Shown here in pieces: positions 36,891 to 52,435 of a stretch of 64,000 nucleotides of DNA (position 1 is the first letter of the stretch; the number at the start of each line of letters is the position of its first letter). Origin of the DNA: Balanoglossus misakiensis (taxonomy: Eukaryota > Animalia > Hemichordata); the NCBI GenBank assembly GCA_040954595.2, contig CM082596.2:654636-718635 (forward strand), written 5' to 3'. A program made the position numbers and the translations under genes. The notes below the pieces were generated by a model. It searched no databases, was not told the origin of the DNA, and saw only the letters and a program-made list of their open reading frames with translations.

Positions 36891-37573
36891 GAGGAAAATG
36901 TAAACGTGTTGGTAGCGCTAGAAACATAGCCGGACACCCCAGATTGAACATAGAACAATCTCTTCCGCAAAGGACTCTGGGATCAATGGCGGCCATTCCG
37001 TGGCTCGATCCATGGACCGTGTTTTTCGGGTTGTCCGAGAGTTTTTACAACTTTAAAGTTTCATTTTACACTCGCTATTTCGTTAGATGGGGTGGGTTAC
37101 AATATAAAGTCGATAGTCGTACATTTTTAACAAATAAACAAAAGTGAGGACAATGTAAACGTGTTGGGGGCGCTAGTAGCATAGCCGGACACCCCCATTT
37201 TGAATAGAACAATCTCTTCCGCAAAGGACTCTGGGATCAATGGCGGCCATTCCGTGGCCCGATCGATGGACCGTGTTTATCGGGTTGTCCGAGAGTTTTC
37301 ACAACTTTAAAGTTTCATTTTACACTCGCTATTTCGTTAGATGGGGTGGGTTACAATATAAAGTCGATAGTCGTACATTTTTAACAAATAAACAAAAGTG
37401 AGGAAAATGTAAACGTGTTGGGGGCGCTAGTAACATAGCCGGACACCCCCATTTTGAATAGAACAATCTCTTCCGCAAAGGACTCTGGGTTCAATGGCGG
37501 CCATTCCGTGGCCCGATCCATGGACCGTGTTTTTCGGGTTGTCCGAGAGTTTTTACAACTTTAAAGTTTCATT
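36891..37573. repeat. ~255-bp tandem repeat, ~2.7 copies
   Basis: Unit starts gagga(a/c)aatgtaaacgtgttgg at 36891, 37146 and 37400, with near-identical internal sequence (ggactctgggatcaatggcggccattccgtgg...). Confidence 0.92.
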
Positions 37574-40500
37574 TGGCGTTCAATATTTTAACGATGGTCT
37601 ACATGAGTGCTTATCCTGTACGTATATGCTATCGTTGGGGGGGGGGATGCCCCCCCCCCCTCCCCCAAAGAGGGTAGAGTTATACGTAAGCAGTGCACGG
37701 AATACGGACAGTAACATGATGTACACCATGATACATGGCGCCTCGTTCGATTTGACAGGCGCTTTCCACCAAATGCAAACCAATTTCAACCCAGTATTTA
37801 TATAGTTTGTGATTTATGAGCCAATCCGCCCTGTAGAGTGTCCAGGATTAGAGCAGTCTACAGACCCAATCCACCTGATAGTGTGGCAGTAAAGTTAATA
37901 TTTTGCAATGGCAAATAGCACCGTTGGCATTTCCTAGTCAATTTGCGGTCGGTGTTTGCAAACTGCCGTCAATGAATTTAACGATTAACTTAATCGGGCT
38001 AACTCCCCGTCGGCATCTGTCATCATCCGTAGGGGTATATCCTCTCTATCGTTTCAATAATTACTGCTTCCAGAGAACAGACCATGTTTATCACTCTGGT
38101 TCTTTCCTCTGTATAAAGCCTGTTTTAACATTAATGGTAGCATGTTTATAACGAAAAATTATTTCTAAGGCGTGGATTTAAATATTTACTGTGTTCACAC
38201 CACACCAACTACAGATTGCACGGGCAACTACACTCACCACTAAACTGTTCATATTGCATAATTAATAATACGGCGTTTCTTAATATGACTTTGGTAGCTG
38301 GGGGAAATCAATCGCTGTACGGGTTAACTGCCAGATTATTCAGACAATTCGTTACTGGGCAACGCGACTCTATATGTATTCCACATGAATTGATACAACC
38401 CGTTTGTTAAATATGGCAGCGTTATAGATCACATGGGAGGTAACTATACCCCCGGAAAAGGTTAAACTGGTGTAATAGCATATAATATAAGTAACTTATA
38501 CTTTTCTCTCTGTTGAATACTAATCGTGAACACCACGCTAACATTGCGCTTTGTTTTTGCGCTTCTAATCTCCACCCCTTACAGTCACCATTCCTTTTTT
38601 TTCTGATTCATTCATATTACGAAGACATGCTGATGAATACCAATTCTGCATTCCGTTGCTATAATCGATTTAATACTCCCCACACATAAAATTTCCGTAT
38701 TTATTTTATTGAAGTTTAACCTCTCAGAAATCGTGCTGTCAGATTTCATAATGATTAAATGTTCAATGGATCGGGAATGAAAGTTTTCTTCTATCTGAAA
38801 AGCCAATATTGAAACATCATTGCTGAAACCACCCCCTGCACCCGGAGTGACGTAAATTCCTTCTCCCGTCGATAATTGAGTGGAAAGTTTTACGAGAATG
38901 AATTCCAAACAAGATTTGTGGTCAACTGCGAACGATCACAGACAGACAGACAGCCAAGCGTGAAATGCTCAATTGGCACGACTTGTCCAAGCGACACCAC
39001 GGTTTAATCGATTGAAAAGAGCGTTTCAAATTAATTCCACCCCAATTTGCTTCCTTAAGCCAGACTGTTTAAGAATATCAGGCAGATCCTCAAAATTATT
39101 CAGCAGAGACATAAGTTATACCATTTGGTTTGAAGTACTGAAATGTTATAATGGCGGACGGGTACTGTAACTTCTACTCTTTGAATGTGACACCATTAAT
39201 TGATACCGTTGCTTTAATACACTTCCTCCATCCAATTACATCTGCCCAGAACTTCCATTTGCCAGCATCAGCTTCCTCACTTTCCTGACAAATGTCTCCT
39301 CACAACAATTATCAGTCTACATGCCGGGGGCAATTACATATAACATTCAACACAGTGATTGATGAACGAGTGACCTCAACGATTCCAATGTCAGCGATTG
39401 CTAATGTCATATATTGCAACAAGAAACACCTAACACTTGAAATAGTCGACTTAGTTAAATTCAATATTACCACACCGAACATGCATATACACATTCGATA
39501 AAAGAGAGACAGTATTTTGGTCATGTCGATCTGATTTCCATTGCTGCAAAATATAATTTTTACTCACGAGTGGGCTTCGAGATAAAAAAAAATCAGCGTT
39601 TTGTCTGCACATCTGACCTGACACACCGTCCAGACTTAATTGATTTAGCACCCGAATAAACTCAGTTCATACAAGTGTGCGTTTTAATGTCTCCTGCGGG
39701 AAAACGTATGTGATTAAAGTTAGATATCCTCCAACCGAACCCAATTTGTTGAAAGAAAGTCATAATAGAGCACGTTGTTCGAGAAAGTGTGAAATTTCTA
39801 AGATAAACGTCAAGCTTTCCCATAAATGATGATGGAATGAACAATTTCCCAGCTGCCCGAGTGGATATTCCTTGTATTATGCGTGGGCGTTTCTTGCGAA
39901 ATGCTTTAGCATCGTGGTAAAACAGACGTAATCATTATATATACATTAAAATATTTCAAACTTTAGTCTTTTAATACTTATATGTTAATAATATTCAGAG
40001 TAGTTTAGGGACATTGTCATTGTGCCAGGTCTTCTGTATTCTCTATTCAAAACTGCCTAAACTTCCATTTGGTCATTTTAAATATTCATCATCAATGATT
40101 ATTTATTTTGACAACTATTATTGAACATCTACACCCGTATCTCCTTAAATCTGAGATAGAACCGCATTACCATTCGAAATGTAATCGCGTTGTTCGTTGC
40201 CTATAAATGTGAAAATATATGAATGTTATCACTTCCACGTATCGACATTAGGGATAAAGTTCGCATTTGCAAAACGGCCTCCGCATTCCGAGATTGGCGT
40301 TATAATTTTATTAGTGTTAAGTTATTTATTATCACCTATATACCTTACTTAGTTTTGACGTGCATGTAAATGTGTGGTCATAAATCAGGGACGTTCAGAG
40401 TCACTTAGAACTACAGAGAGAGTTTATTTTTATTCATCAATGGCCGTCTTCCGAGGAGAACACTTTTTGTTAAAGATTAGGGACGTACACGCACTATAAG

Positions 40501-43500
40501 AACATCTACTTTGTCGATTAACATGATAAACATATACTACTTCCGTGACAATTAAACTAGGGCATTGGCTAGGCGAATGGAGTTAAATTTGCCGGTTAAA
40601 TAAAAGTATGCATAAAACCTGGTGAAAATACTTATTTATCCAGTTTGCGTATCCTCAAAATTCTCTTCCATACAGGTCAGTAACAGACTATCATAGTTAA
40701 TATTCCATGGAATAACACTAGTTTCAGCTTTGCAGATTGCACATCCTTGATTGATGCCAGCTTTCCTGGTTCGTGGATGGAGACGACAGTATAATAACAC
40801 GTGTATACTTAACATTTCTTTAACTAAGCTTTTCTACGGATATTAATTAAATTCTGTCAATTCATTCTTGTAAAATATGTGAAATACATAGTGACGTGAG
40901 GACCATTTGTGAAGATTAATAACTTTTGGTTCTAAATAGTCATTATAACTCAGGAAAGCTGATTCTCAAAGAAAAGACAGGTGCATATGGACTATCATAA
41001 TCAGACGCATCGAATTGAAATTAACTTTGAATCTGTCTGGTGTTCGTAGCTCTTAAAATGAGGAACGATCAATATTATGAAGATCATTAAACGTGGAAGC
41101 ACATCTTTTGGTATTAAAACTTTGGGGTATTCACAGTAGCCATATTTCGATTTTTCACTGATCAGAAAAGCCAGGATAAGCACAGATTGCTGGAGACAAG
41201 CACCAACTCTAAATGTTTATGCGCAGGAATCTTTGCCCATAATGGCTCCAAGCAGACAGACAACATGACACTCCACATTTCTTCTTCAAGACGGGGGGGG
41301 GGGGGCAAAGCAAGACGCCAGTAAATTTCGTTACACAATGACAAATGCACCTTCGATTTGCATCAAGGTGCAACAGCAAAGTGCCCCAGAAAGACGTTCT
41401 TACATTCCGTGAACAGCGTAATCGACCAGAAAATATACGAGCGCACTATCATCATGGCAACCAGAGTACACATTCCTGTAATATCAAGAGTCTTCGTCCT
41501 ATCTATAATGCCATTCAAAAGCCATTTGCTCAATTATTCTGTATTAATGAGTATTCACTCTGCCTTCTTCTATTACAAACTTGTTTATCTTTTTGTGAAA
41601 TCAAAAGTTTAACCATTCCGTATTATGGGTCCGGGTCATCCATCTTCTGCAACAGAAGATGCAACAATTCAGTGGCTCAGATGTGGATGCTCTTTCCTCA
41701 CCAATTATGTTCTTATCACTTGCATTCAATCGACATCTATAATTAAGAAGGGAGTTCGCATCATGACCTTGACTTCCAGGAGAGTCTTTATCATTTTATT
41801 AACGTTGAATGATTGACTTCAATATATTGTCATTTAGATTTGACAATTTGACAGGTAAATTAGTGCTTGATTTACATGCAAATATTTCTGTAATCTTCGT
41901 GCATCAAACCAGATCTAAGACACGAAAATCTGGATTTATTCTTCGTTCCCAACATTCTACGTTTCTAGCAAATAACCGCGTTTATAGTGAAATTTGTTTC
42001 CTGTCGATTGAGATCATAAATACAAAAGCGTTTGTAAATATGTCTATCGCCGAAAAAGTGTTCAAATGTTGATTAGAAATGAAGTGTAAAATTTATGTAA
42101 ATACAGAATTTCTGAGTTCTACTTGAGCTTCCATTAAAGCAACACGAACACTTGACCGTAGCCAATCACGTGATATTGACGAACTATGGAATAGTGTACG
42201 ACGACCTCTGATACTTCGACGTGTCCGTGATTCCGCCGAAATGGCAGGAAACGGTTACTAATTTCGTGTTCAGTATCCGCGTTCCCATGTTTCGCCAGAA
42301 GCTGTGTGCGTTCGGATTTTAATTACGACAAATGCCGATGACACACGACTGCCAGGCATGGTCAGATTTCCGGCTGACTCCGTTCTCATCTTTGCTCTAC
42401 GGCGGTTTTTAGTGCAAATCGTTTGAACAACATTCCGCTAGGTCGTTTACATCATGGTCTTTGACATCCATTGGCTCCTTCACACAATTTTGCCGAACGT
42501 TGACCCCAGGGCTGAGTTTGTCTAATTTTAAACAAGACACCTAACATTACCATCACTGCATATTGAACAATTTGAAAACTACCGCTCATATTCTTGCTCT
42601 TCTCATTTTTGTTCAGCAACATGACTCAAACAGAGCATCCAATTTTAAAGCCTCAAACCAGAAAATTCTCAACATGCACTGAAAGTAGGATAACTAAGAA
42701 CGTCCGAGTCTGCTTAGCTTCACTCTTTCTGAATAATCACAGAATATAAATCACACTATCCATCACCAATGCACTACAAATATTCCACACGGTTCGCTTA
42801 CTCGCCGACGCGAAGAAATAATTATTTGGAGCTGCGTTTCCGTGTCACTTGAAGTGGATTTCATAATTGAAGCAAATTAATTCAACAGATTTATCAAGAA
42901 AATGTGTAATCCTGCAAGGCTGTGAATGACTGTTGGTGATTTATCCCAACAGGGTCTCGGTGTTAGACGCCCATAGTATAATATTCAGGTATATGATGAC
43001 ATGTAATAAACCTATTTCTATTTTTATATTCTTTACAATGATCCACGTTTGTGGCATTAGAACTGAAAAATCGTGAATGTGCATATCACCGTCTGCGTAT
43101 ACAATCGCGCCGGCATACCGAAGTAAAATTCAAAATATAATTGACATTCGAAAATTGTCATTGGCGACCATAGTGCTGGTCACATGTCTTGGAATACAGG
43201 CTACATTCTAAACCATGACCGCTCCCCCAGCCCCGCCAACTTCTACGTGTACACGCATTTAAATAGGCACCAATTAAGGTGTGCCTGGGCGGCACTTTCC
43301 GGAGACAATCTGACAGCGGACACATTGGTGACTCGAGTAAGACTTGCAAATGTTATTAAGCTGTTGCACCAGTTTGATCTCCTCACATCCAATCAATTAC
43401 AGTTGGAACTCCGTGTTAGATCGCATTGAATTGAATCATATACAAACAATTTGCGTTGTCACCAGAGCATTGATCCGTTCACAGCTGGGAAGAAACATGT

Positions 43501-44786
43501 TGCAATCAGAAAGATAGGAATCCTCTACCCAGGGGAGATCTATGTACGTGTTGGATACATCCTATCTCATGAGGGTCCAACAGAAATCCACACACTAAGA
43601 ATCTACTTAACCCGAATATTCCCGGTGACTAAATCTCATTTGTCTGTGGAAGTCCACGGCACTTCGATTAAATTGGCGAATTTGGAGTTCAGATGAACAG
43701 CTTGTAATTTGATCAAAAAGGTAACTGTCTAGCTACACTAACTGTTAACGCTCTCTTCTAAATTGTTAAATTGTTTGCAGAAATCCCTTAAGACTTTAAA
43801 CTGCATGAGCGGTTGTGACTTTTCTCCAACAAAATTATCTGACAAATATCCTTTCTGAACTGACACGAGACTGGAATAAACTTTGATTTCCTTGAGACTC
43901 ACAAATGCACTATGATCAAACAGTTACGACTTCAATACAATAAAACACAATTTTAGGATTCCTGCAGCTGTAAATACGTAAGCTCATTAACACCTCTTGA
44001 GTGTGTGGAAATATATTACATAAACGCGAGAAAGAATTTTTATTCTTCTCATGAGATCTTTGGCCCTTTCAAAAAGACAATCTAATGTAAACCTATCCAC
44101 GACATATTCGGTACCAGAGTTTCAAGTTAGAAGCGTCGCGTCTACTTGTACTACATAGAATTAAAGGTCGGTGCATTAGTTGAATTTGAAAACGCGATTT
44201 CTTTGTGGTGTCCTGACCCGGCTGACGTTCGTCACTGTGACGGTAAAAGTACTTTAGTCCTCCAAATCGATAAATATCAAACGAATATTTTTCTTTCAGT
44301 AGATCGTATTTCAAGATAGGCAAACATCCTGATCTATACATCCGATACGTTCAACCATATTGAATTCATCACTGACTGTGGTAATGTATTATCGACTTGT
44401 GTACGATAACCACCTGTATACGTTATGCAAACATGAAAGGAGAAGGAAGAAAAGTTCGCGACTAACAAAAACCTCGGTGTGAAAAGAAACCAACGAAGAT
44501 GCGCTTTCTCTGTTGTGAATGAAGCGCACGACACCGCTTAAAGCCTTTCAGTGTACGACCACAGCCGACTTGATCATCTTAAACCCTAAACCCAGACACA
44601 ATATTAGACATTTGTTAATAGTACATCCCTAACATTAATGTTGGACTCGGCAGACCGATATAAATGCTAATGATAATGTTCCAAAGAGACCAAGTGCGCC
44701 TACTAAAATCCAAAAGTACAGTATTCGCAGTTACGGTTAAAGCGAAATGTAATACATGTAAAACCATAATTAAGAGCAGGACTTAC

Positions 44787-44912
44787 CAGTGATAACAGAT
44801 ATCTTTCCTTCAGCTTGTCTTGAGAATGCGTCAAAATATTGCCGCCGAAATCCTCTGCCTGCTGCCCGCTCTGTCTTGTAACAGCCAGCCTCAAATTGCC
44901 GACTTTATATAG
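44787..44912 (-). promoter_or_regulatory. Putative TATA box and non-coding first exon of the CCK-type gene
   Basis: Minus strand: CTATATAAAG at ~44903-44912, then ~95 nt ending in the strong donor CTG|GTAAGT at 44787/44786. It pairs with the acceptor at 35477 (intron ~9.3 kb). CRE TGACGTCA at 45533-45540 lies upstream. Confidence 0.5.
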
Positions 44913-47900
44913 TGACTATCAATGGCGCAGCACGCATAATTAGATAGGTTGCTAAATTGATAGTGGGTGTTGTGTGTAAATGATATCAGAAGAGCAAACA
45001 CTTGAAATGACTTAATGCTTTGGTTGGTTAAAGCAGTTTGTTGCAACCGTCAAGTGTTGTGGCTTAACCTTCCCTCAATCAATAATTCTCAATATCTGCT
45101 CAAAGTGAGCGACAAGATTCGATTTTGTCACACATTCTCCAATTTTATGAGCTTTAACAAATATAAACATCGAGAATGTTAATAAGAAAATCACGTTGGC
45201 TGATTGATGGAATCGCGTCCATTCATTTTTCAGAGCCTCCCGTTTAATGAAATTATGCAAATATGAAAGTGTAACCTTTGAACTTCCCTTCAAATTTCCC
45301 TCACGGGTTTCTAAAAAGAATATTTTCTAATTCAAGAAGAGATTAACTACACACTGACAGTTGGGACAGTTTAAGTTTTAGAAACACAGTTCATTAGTGA
45401 AAATCAATACTCAATACTATCGGAACGTGTTACAAGTTAATTGATCTTTTGTAGGTGGGTTCACACTCTGACAGCCCACAATGCATTGCTACGAGTAACG
45501 AACACCGGTGAATGAGGAAACATCAAGGTGCATGACGTCACGCGTCTGCGCAGTTTGGGTCACACTGGCGTCAAAAGACAACACGGACCGTAAATAATCG
45601 TCATTGTCGAGAAGGATGCCACGGCGGACATTTTTTTCTGAGAAATTCGTTCAAGTGGATGATTTATAACAGCACTTAGCATCAGTTCTCCATTGCGGAA
45701 AACAATTTCTACGCGGAAATAGTCCTGTATGCGGATATGCGTAACCGAGAAGTTGCCCGTCAGTTTCATCTCCTGTAGGGGATATTTGCATATTTGTAAA
45801 AGAAGGATTTCCGCATATGCCAATATTTGGTACAGTGCGCGTGTCTTTTCTTTAATTGCCTCTGCTTTGATATAGCAAATTTAATAATGTGTAAGATTTA
45901 AACGTTATTCTGGTTTAACAGTTATTCTAAATTATTCCATTATAGAATTCTAGAGTTCAGAATAGTCTTAAGATAGATTAAGCAATTGGATTCATACATC
46001 CTGTTGCTGGTTAAATGATCGATGGATTGAACCGAGTTTGTACCTATTTTCTCAACAATACATGATTTATTTCTGTGCAGTTTATTGAGGAAAGAGAACC
46101 TCATAAAACTAAGGGTTTACTTCGATTTTTCACCTGGACACAAGCACCCCATTCTTAACATGGTCTACTCTCCCCCAGGGGTAGTGGAATGGACGGCCGA
46201 CCCTGAACAATTCCAGTGAAACGGAAAGCACCCATATATGCATAGGTGATACGCTATATCCAAAATGGCGAGCAATTAACCCAGGAATTCCTACACTACC
46301 CGAGGCATTGTTCTAATGGATGTCGAACTCAATTAGGCGGTCCCTGTACAATCCCTAGCGTTTTGTCGTAACTAAAAATTGCAACATCCTCAATTGTTCT
46401 TTGAGTGCGTGACATCAAAGTCTTCAATACACATTTTCTACAATAAAACTGTGACTTTAAACTTCTCTGCGTGCGTTTATTGACCGGTCAATCGGGCAAT
46501 TTGTTTTACGTTTCCACGATATATGACCCTAACTGCGTTCAGAATATGGCGGACTTATAGAAACGACACTTATTCACAAATTGCTGCTGCTAGCATGACG
46601 TTTAGTCCCGTTGTCGTAAATGCTTCGAGCAATTATGAAGTATTATTGCGGGAAACTTGAAAGCAAAGTATTACACATTTAGAAATTGTCATTTTCATTA
46701 ACGAACTGCAGATATTTAAAGTTTAAATACATGAATAAATAAGTTCAATTACTTATACTACTAATCTTGAATTTTGTTTTGTGTTTGGAAACTAAACTCT
46801 TTCAAACTGTAAAACGGTGGATGTCATCGATAACTTCGAGGGGGAAAAACTTGATCGACGATGTAGAATTTTTTCTTCACTCTCTGTAATGAAAGTTACC
46901 AACACAATAGACCAATCTAGCTCTCGGCGTTCTCGCTATAGCTGACTGAATACAATTTTCACCAAATTTATTGACCCAATTACTCAGTTTGGGTGTATAA
47001 TGGTGTAATGTTCTTAACGCCAATAAAACTTTAAATGTAATTTCGTCTAGGCACCATTGTTCGACCTCTTTGTCGTCAACCTGATTGATATTAGAGCAAC
47101 ATAATCTATTTATTGTATTCATTACGCGCTACTTCTGAAAATAGTGTCGTCTTGACTTTTTTGATATTAGTACGTACTTTAATACGTCTAACAATTGAAG
47201 TAACATTATCCAAAGCCAGATAAGTATAATTTTCAACCATGTGTTTAAAATGTCAATTTTTCAAGGGGTTGGTCCTTTGTCATGTAAAATTTAGTTAGAC
47301 ACAATTTTCTCTCTCTCGTGTATACGTGACTAGATGTATAAGAGTGGAAAGGCAAAGATAGGAACAAGACTAAGGAATGCAAAAGAATGCATCAAGTTAT
47401 CATCTGACGGTATCTTTCAGCTGATTTATAGTTTCTTTTCTTGTTTATCCCGAGCATGTCAAAATTCGCCGCTGCTTGAATATTATTGAACGTCAAATTG
47501 TATGTAGCATTTTACCTTTGCTATCTATCAACATTTATCTCATACGCGGGAATTAATGGGTGTTGAGCACTACCCTGGAATATTGTAACACATATTGATT
47601 TGGGATGAGCCAGTTTTAACAGATAAAGGGCAGGTTAGGCTTAGTTTGTTCGCATAAGACAATCATGGCGTACTGCGCATGTGTAACGTACCATCCTAAG
47701 TGCATTTTATTAAAATCTATGTGATGGGGTACATCCGCTTGCTGTGTATGGGCGATTTCCTTTAGGAAGTTTTACGAGCGATGAGTCACTTATAAAATGT
47801 GCATATAATGTCTATAGATATATATATTTCGTATGATGATAGTTTCCGCCTGCCCCACTGTTTTGTTTGTTTAATTTTTTATTTCTCTGAAGTTTACTAT

Positions 47901-50900
47901 TTTTGTGAATACTAAGCACCATATAATTTATCAAATCTGTTATCCATTTTAGTATTCGCTTGTGACGTATTGCCGACTGAAACCTATCTCTAAATAGCAA
48001 AATCTTTTACTATCAAATAATATCTTTCTCTGTTGATGTAGAATTGATATGACGATTTGACATTTCAGGAATGATTGAAACTTCCTAATATGGAGAATCA
48101 CATGCATAAGGAGATGTAATGACAATACAATAATTGCATTCTCTTACAGACAGTCGAGACAAACATCTCGTCTGTGTCTGCTGTTCCTTCGAGTCGAAAT
48201 GGATATACTACAAGGAAACATTTCAGGCGCCAGTATTTTGTATTCACAATTTGAAATTTTCTGTGAAGTCTAACATATTACAGATACCCTTCGAGGAATC
48301 AAATTTTCATAGAACCACCCTCATTGGTCCGTTGCTATGAAAACCCCGAAAATTCATCAAATGTGGGCAGGTAGCACTCATGGTATGACGTCATCGTGGT
48401 ACGGAAATGATTTTTGATCTATTGTTTCTCGGTGAATAATTGTGAGTGATGAATGATGGGATACATGAGGGAAAGGAAACACTGAAACCAGGTTGCCACC
48501 CATGTCTGTAAACATCCTCAATTTCAACCCTTGAACGAGGAGGCGTCAAATATCCTGAACTTCAACAAGGCGACATTTCTTTGTTTCTAGTCGGAAATAT
48601 TGGGTCGTTGAACTTCACTGTTTCACATAAAACTGAGTTATCCATTAACGTGTGGAGTGGGGGTGTCAAGGTCTGTGTTATGCACCGACTAAACACTTTG
48701 TTAAAATTCAAATTTTACAGTTGTACAGTTCAACCGGTCTATAGTGGTCAGCCCTATAGCCATCATGCCACAGTGCAGGAGTGAATATTCGCAAGTTTAT
48801 TAACAGGTGTCTCACAGGAAATTTAACTTTATTGGTTACAAATGAGATTAGTGTCTCTTAAATTAGTAGATAGGCAAACACTAGAATTCATTATACCCTG
48901 ATAATAACATTTAATTAGGAAACATTTGCCGAAGGGATTAATATCGTCATGTAATTATAACGTTTAATGAATTCATTAGATAACATTGTCCAATTAATTA
49001 AGATTATGCAATAATAATTTACATGTCCCCCATACTATAGTTATTAATATTAATATTATGGTAATATATATCATAGACTATTCACGGGGATAATTATAAT
49101 TTTATATATTTTGTGATGCTGTCCATTGCATTCAGACATGGAATCGTTTGTTTCAAGTGAAAATATTACAGCTTGGTCAGCCAAGTATGGTCAATGCTAA
49201 GGATCCTTGAAAATCAGTAATAAAAGATTGGACGCATCATGTGTGACGTCAGTTGTTTCATTAAAAGTATGAGATGACGCACTGACAAAAACCTACAAAA
49301 CTGTTAACCATCTCCACGAGGCATTACTGGTCTAACACCGATTACAACAAAATTATTTAGGTACCCTTTCTTCATATTTTCATATCCGCTAAAGTTCGCT
49401 CCAAGGAAAACGCGCATGGGATTGCTATCTGTTATCGGAGATTCACGTCTCTAAATGCACATCAGATATATGTTCAGTTTTGAATGTTCCCTAGGGGTGT
49501 TTGAAGACATTTACACTCCTACATTTTTGACATTTTATTTCATTTATCTTAAATCTATGCAACTGAACGAGGAAGATGATCATTGCATGATATCGACGAC
49601 ATTCCGTAACCACATTTTGTCTGCCGGTGATCACGTGACACATACATCATGTGCTCCGTGTATAAGGTCAACGGTATACAGACACCTATGCAAGTTTAAC
49701 CACTTTTACCAGGAAAATTGAAATATAGCCAATCACAGATTTTCATTCGGTGGCTCACGCGAAAAGAGTGAGCCCTCACACGGTTATTCGAAGACTTAGA
49801 GTGTTCTTAGAGGAATCATGATTCTGCATGAGCGCGTTCCTTCTTTTTCCACAAAGTGATTCCCGCAAGGAGATACATAGATTTTGATTGCGATTTCTGG
49901 GTTTGTACGTGGGCACTCGAGACTGCGGTGTGACATTGATTGAAGCCTATTATCTGAACAACAGTCGATCAAAGTAAACAAATGTTTTGTCCCATTATTT
50001 GTTCTTCATAGGGAGTGGAAGCTATCTTTAAAACGAGCTGAAATACAGGATGGTGATTTTAAAAATGCTAAAATTGAGAACATGGCGGAATTCTGTCATC
50101 TTTTTCATAAGATAAATATTTGAATGCCAACGCCAGACCCCCCCCCCCCCCATCTTTGAAATTTAATGGCAGTTTAAATGTGTGCCAAGCGAATAGCTAC
50201 ATGTATTCAACGAAGAGCATCGAGTTCGTGGAGTTTCATAACGCCCACTCTCAAGATATCAGTTTTGCCAAGAAGCAGGCCACAAAGGTCAGAATCATCC
50301 TCTTTGATGTTAACGTCAGATTTTGTTCCAATAATCGTTTTATGGCACTTTCCAGAAAAGATCAAGATAAGAATAGGGTAATCAATCTGTGTTTGAGAAA
50401 ATGAGAAAACTCGTGGAATTCGAATAAATGTAACGCTAGCGACGGATCCCTTTTACTAAGATGGCGATAGCGATGACGGTCAAATTTACTTAGGCTTATA
50501 CTTGCGTCTGTTAGTTTAGCTTTACCTAAAACCCATTCTCACGTTGAACTATTTTATTAAAACAAACGATGAAGACCGCAAGAGATATTAGTCAAATATT
50601 GACACGTGGAAAGGCTATCAATTACACGTCACACGACGAGTAATTTTGAGGGTGTAGTTGATTAAAAAATATAATCCTATACTGAATGACTTGGTAGAAT
50701 CATTGTTCTATAATCTATTTTCAAATTAGTCGTTGAAGTTTTCGCCTCAAGGTGTTTAGTGGTATTACATGTGTTCCTACACTCATCAACTGGTCGATAG
50801 CAACCACTCAACTTCCTGTTCATGATTGGTCTTTCGTAGGCTAGGGTGTCTCAATGCACACTCCCACGAGAAAGACGACAGTTGACCGAATTCACCGAAT

Positions 50901-52435
50901 ACATTGCCCAAAATGAAAAAGGGTTCCAAAGGGGAAAATATTTGCAGTAATTTTCTAACATGACATCACAGAAACATTACGTGGACGTCACAAAACACTG
51001 ACCTTCATGATGTCTCATGCAGCAACGTCGGTTGTTGGCCAGGTCAGTCCCCTCATCAAACCTCAATGGTCCTGTAGAACATATTCGTTGAAGGCACACG
51101 TGGAAGTCAACGCAGTCCTCGCAAATAACTGAGAGCTATCTCTCTCACTGGTAGAAATATTCCTTCTTCATGTGTAGTGCAAACTAATCCTGAAATCAGT
51201 TCCTACAGACCTGCCTTGCAGCTCTGGCTCGGCTAGCTGTCTGGCTGGTTTTTGCCAGCGTGGCACAGTGTATTGATCCGTTTGCGTAACTACCCAGGTG
51301 TACAGGCCTAATATTTTAATATAGCCATGGCTATTGTTCTCAGGGGCCCAAACTCTATTGTACAGTTTGTGAATATTCATAAGACTTAGTGGGGTTGATG
51401 ACTTCTTATACATCACCATTGGTTATGTAATCCGTCAAAAAACAACTCAAAAGACCCAATATGATTCTGACCTGCTAACCACTTCATATGGGAAGGAGAA
51501 AATCCAATGATGAGCGCCTCAATTATGAAAACATACAAAGGAACTTTGCGTTCCTGTTTGTTGGCATTTTATTCGGGATTGCGCCAGCATGTGTGAAAAG
51601 CAACAGCAAATGTGTTAGGGGTAAGCTTGCAATAACGCATGAGGGCGCGCTGCTCGGTATTTTTTGTAATATCACATAAGAGCAGATATACCCATGTTTA
51701 TATGAATAAATAAGGCTCATAAATTATAACAATTCAATAGATATGTTTATTCGCACTCATCTGATTAATATTTCACAATATTGTTTCTCATTTACATGAA
51801 AGATATATGCCTTTTCCCCTTTAAGTAATAATGAACAGTCGTGAGGGTATTTCCCCCACGATTATGATTCACTCGCAGAACTATAGCTTAAATAAATATT
51901 TTATTTGGACAGTTTGAATTACAAATTATCATTATTCCTTGTCACGCATCGAGACGTTGGGGGTCATGTAATGCTGACTTGTAAATTCAATTTTAATGCA
52001 AATAATAGAATAACACATTTTTCATTTTCTTAAACGAATTTGGCACTTGCTACTGTTATTCGTTTTTTTCTCTGTCCTCTTGTTGGTGTCATATCGCTCA
52101 AGTCATTGTACCATGACTGCACTAATAATAATTTTCTGGCAAATTTTGGGCAGTGCGGAGTTTCACCACTATATCCTAAAGTAAATTTCATAATGTTATA
52201 TTTAAATCCATGTCACATCTTGTTTTGTACATTGAATTTTCTTCTAAATGAAATCGTTTGAAAATATTACAATTCTAGAACCGGTGTAGGTGTTAATATG
52301 CTTTCGAATCACACACAGCTGATTACAAAAAAGTCTTCTTACAGAAATCACTCGTCGTCCCGTTTGAACATGCTCCATCCGTAGATGTTGTCTTGTTTTC
52401 CTCTCTTTCCAAACGCCAAGCGGAATCCATAGAAC

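Noticed and set aside
41000-43700. Short ORFs and protein-like fragments (41162-41816, THAP-like MPGS..CVIGICRN near 42330-42360, 43451-43696)
   Set aside because: No recognisable domain and no consistent splice structure; possibly decayed repeats.
51168-51419. 83-aa minus-strand ORF
   Set aside because: No recognisable motif or supporting exons.
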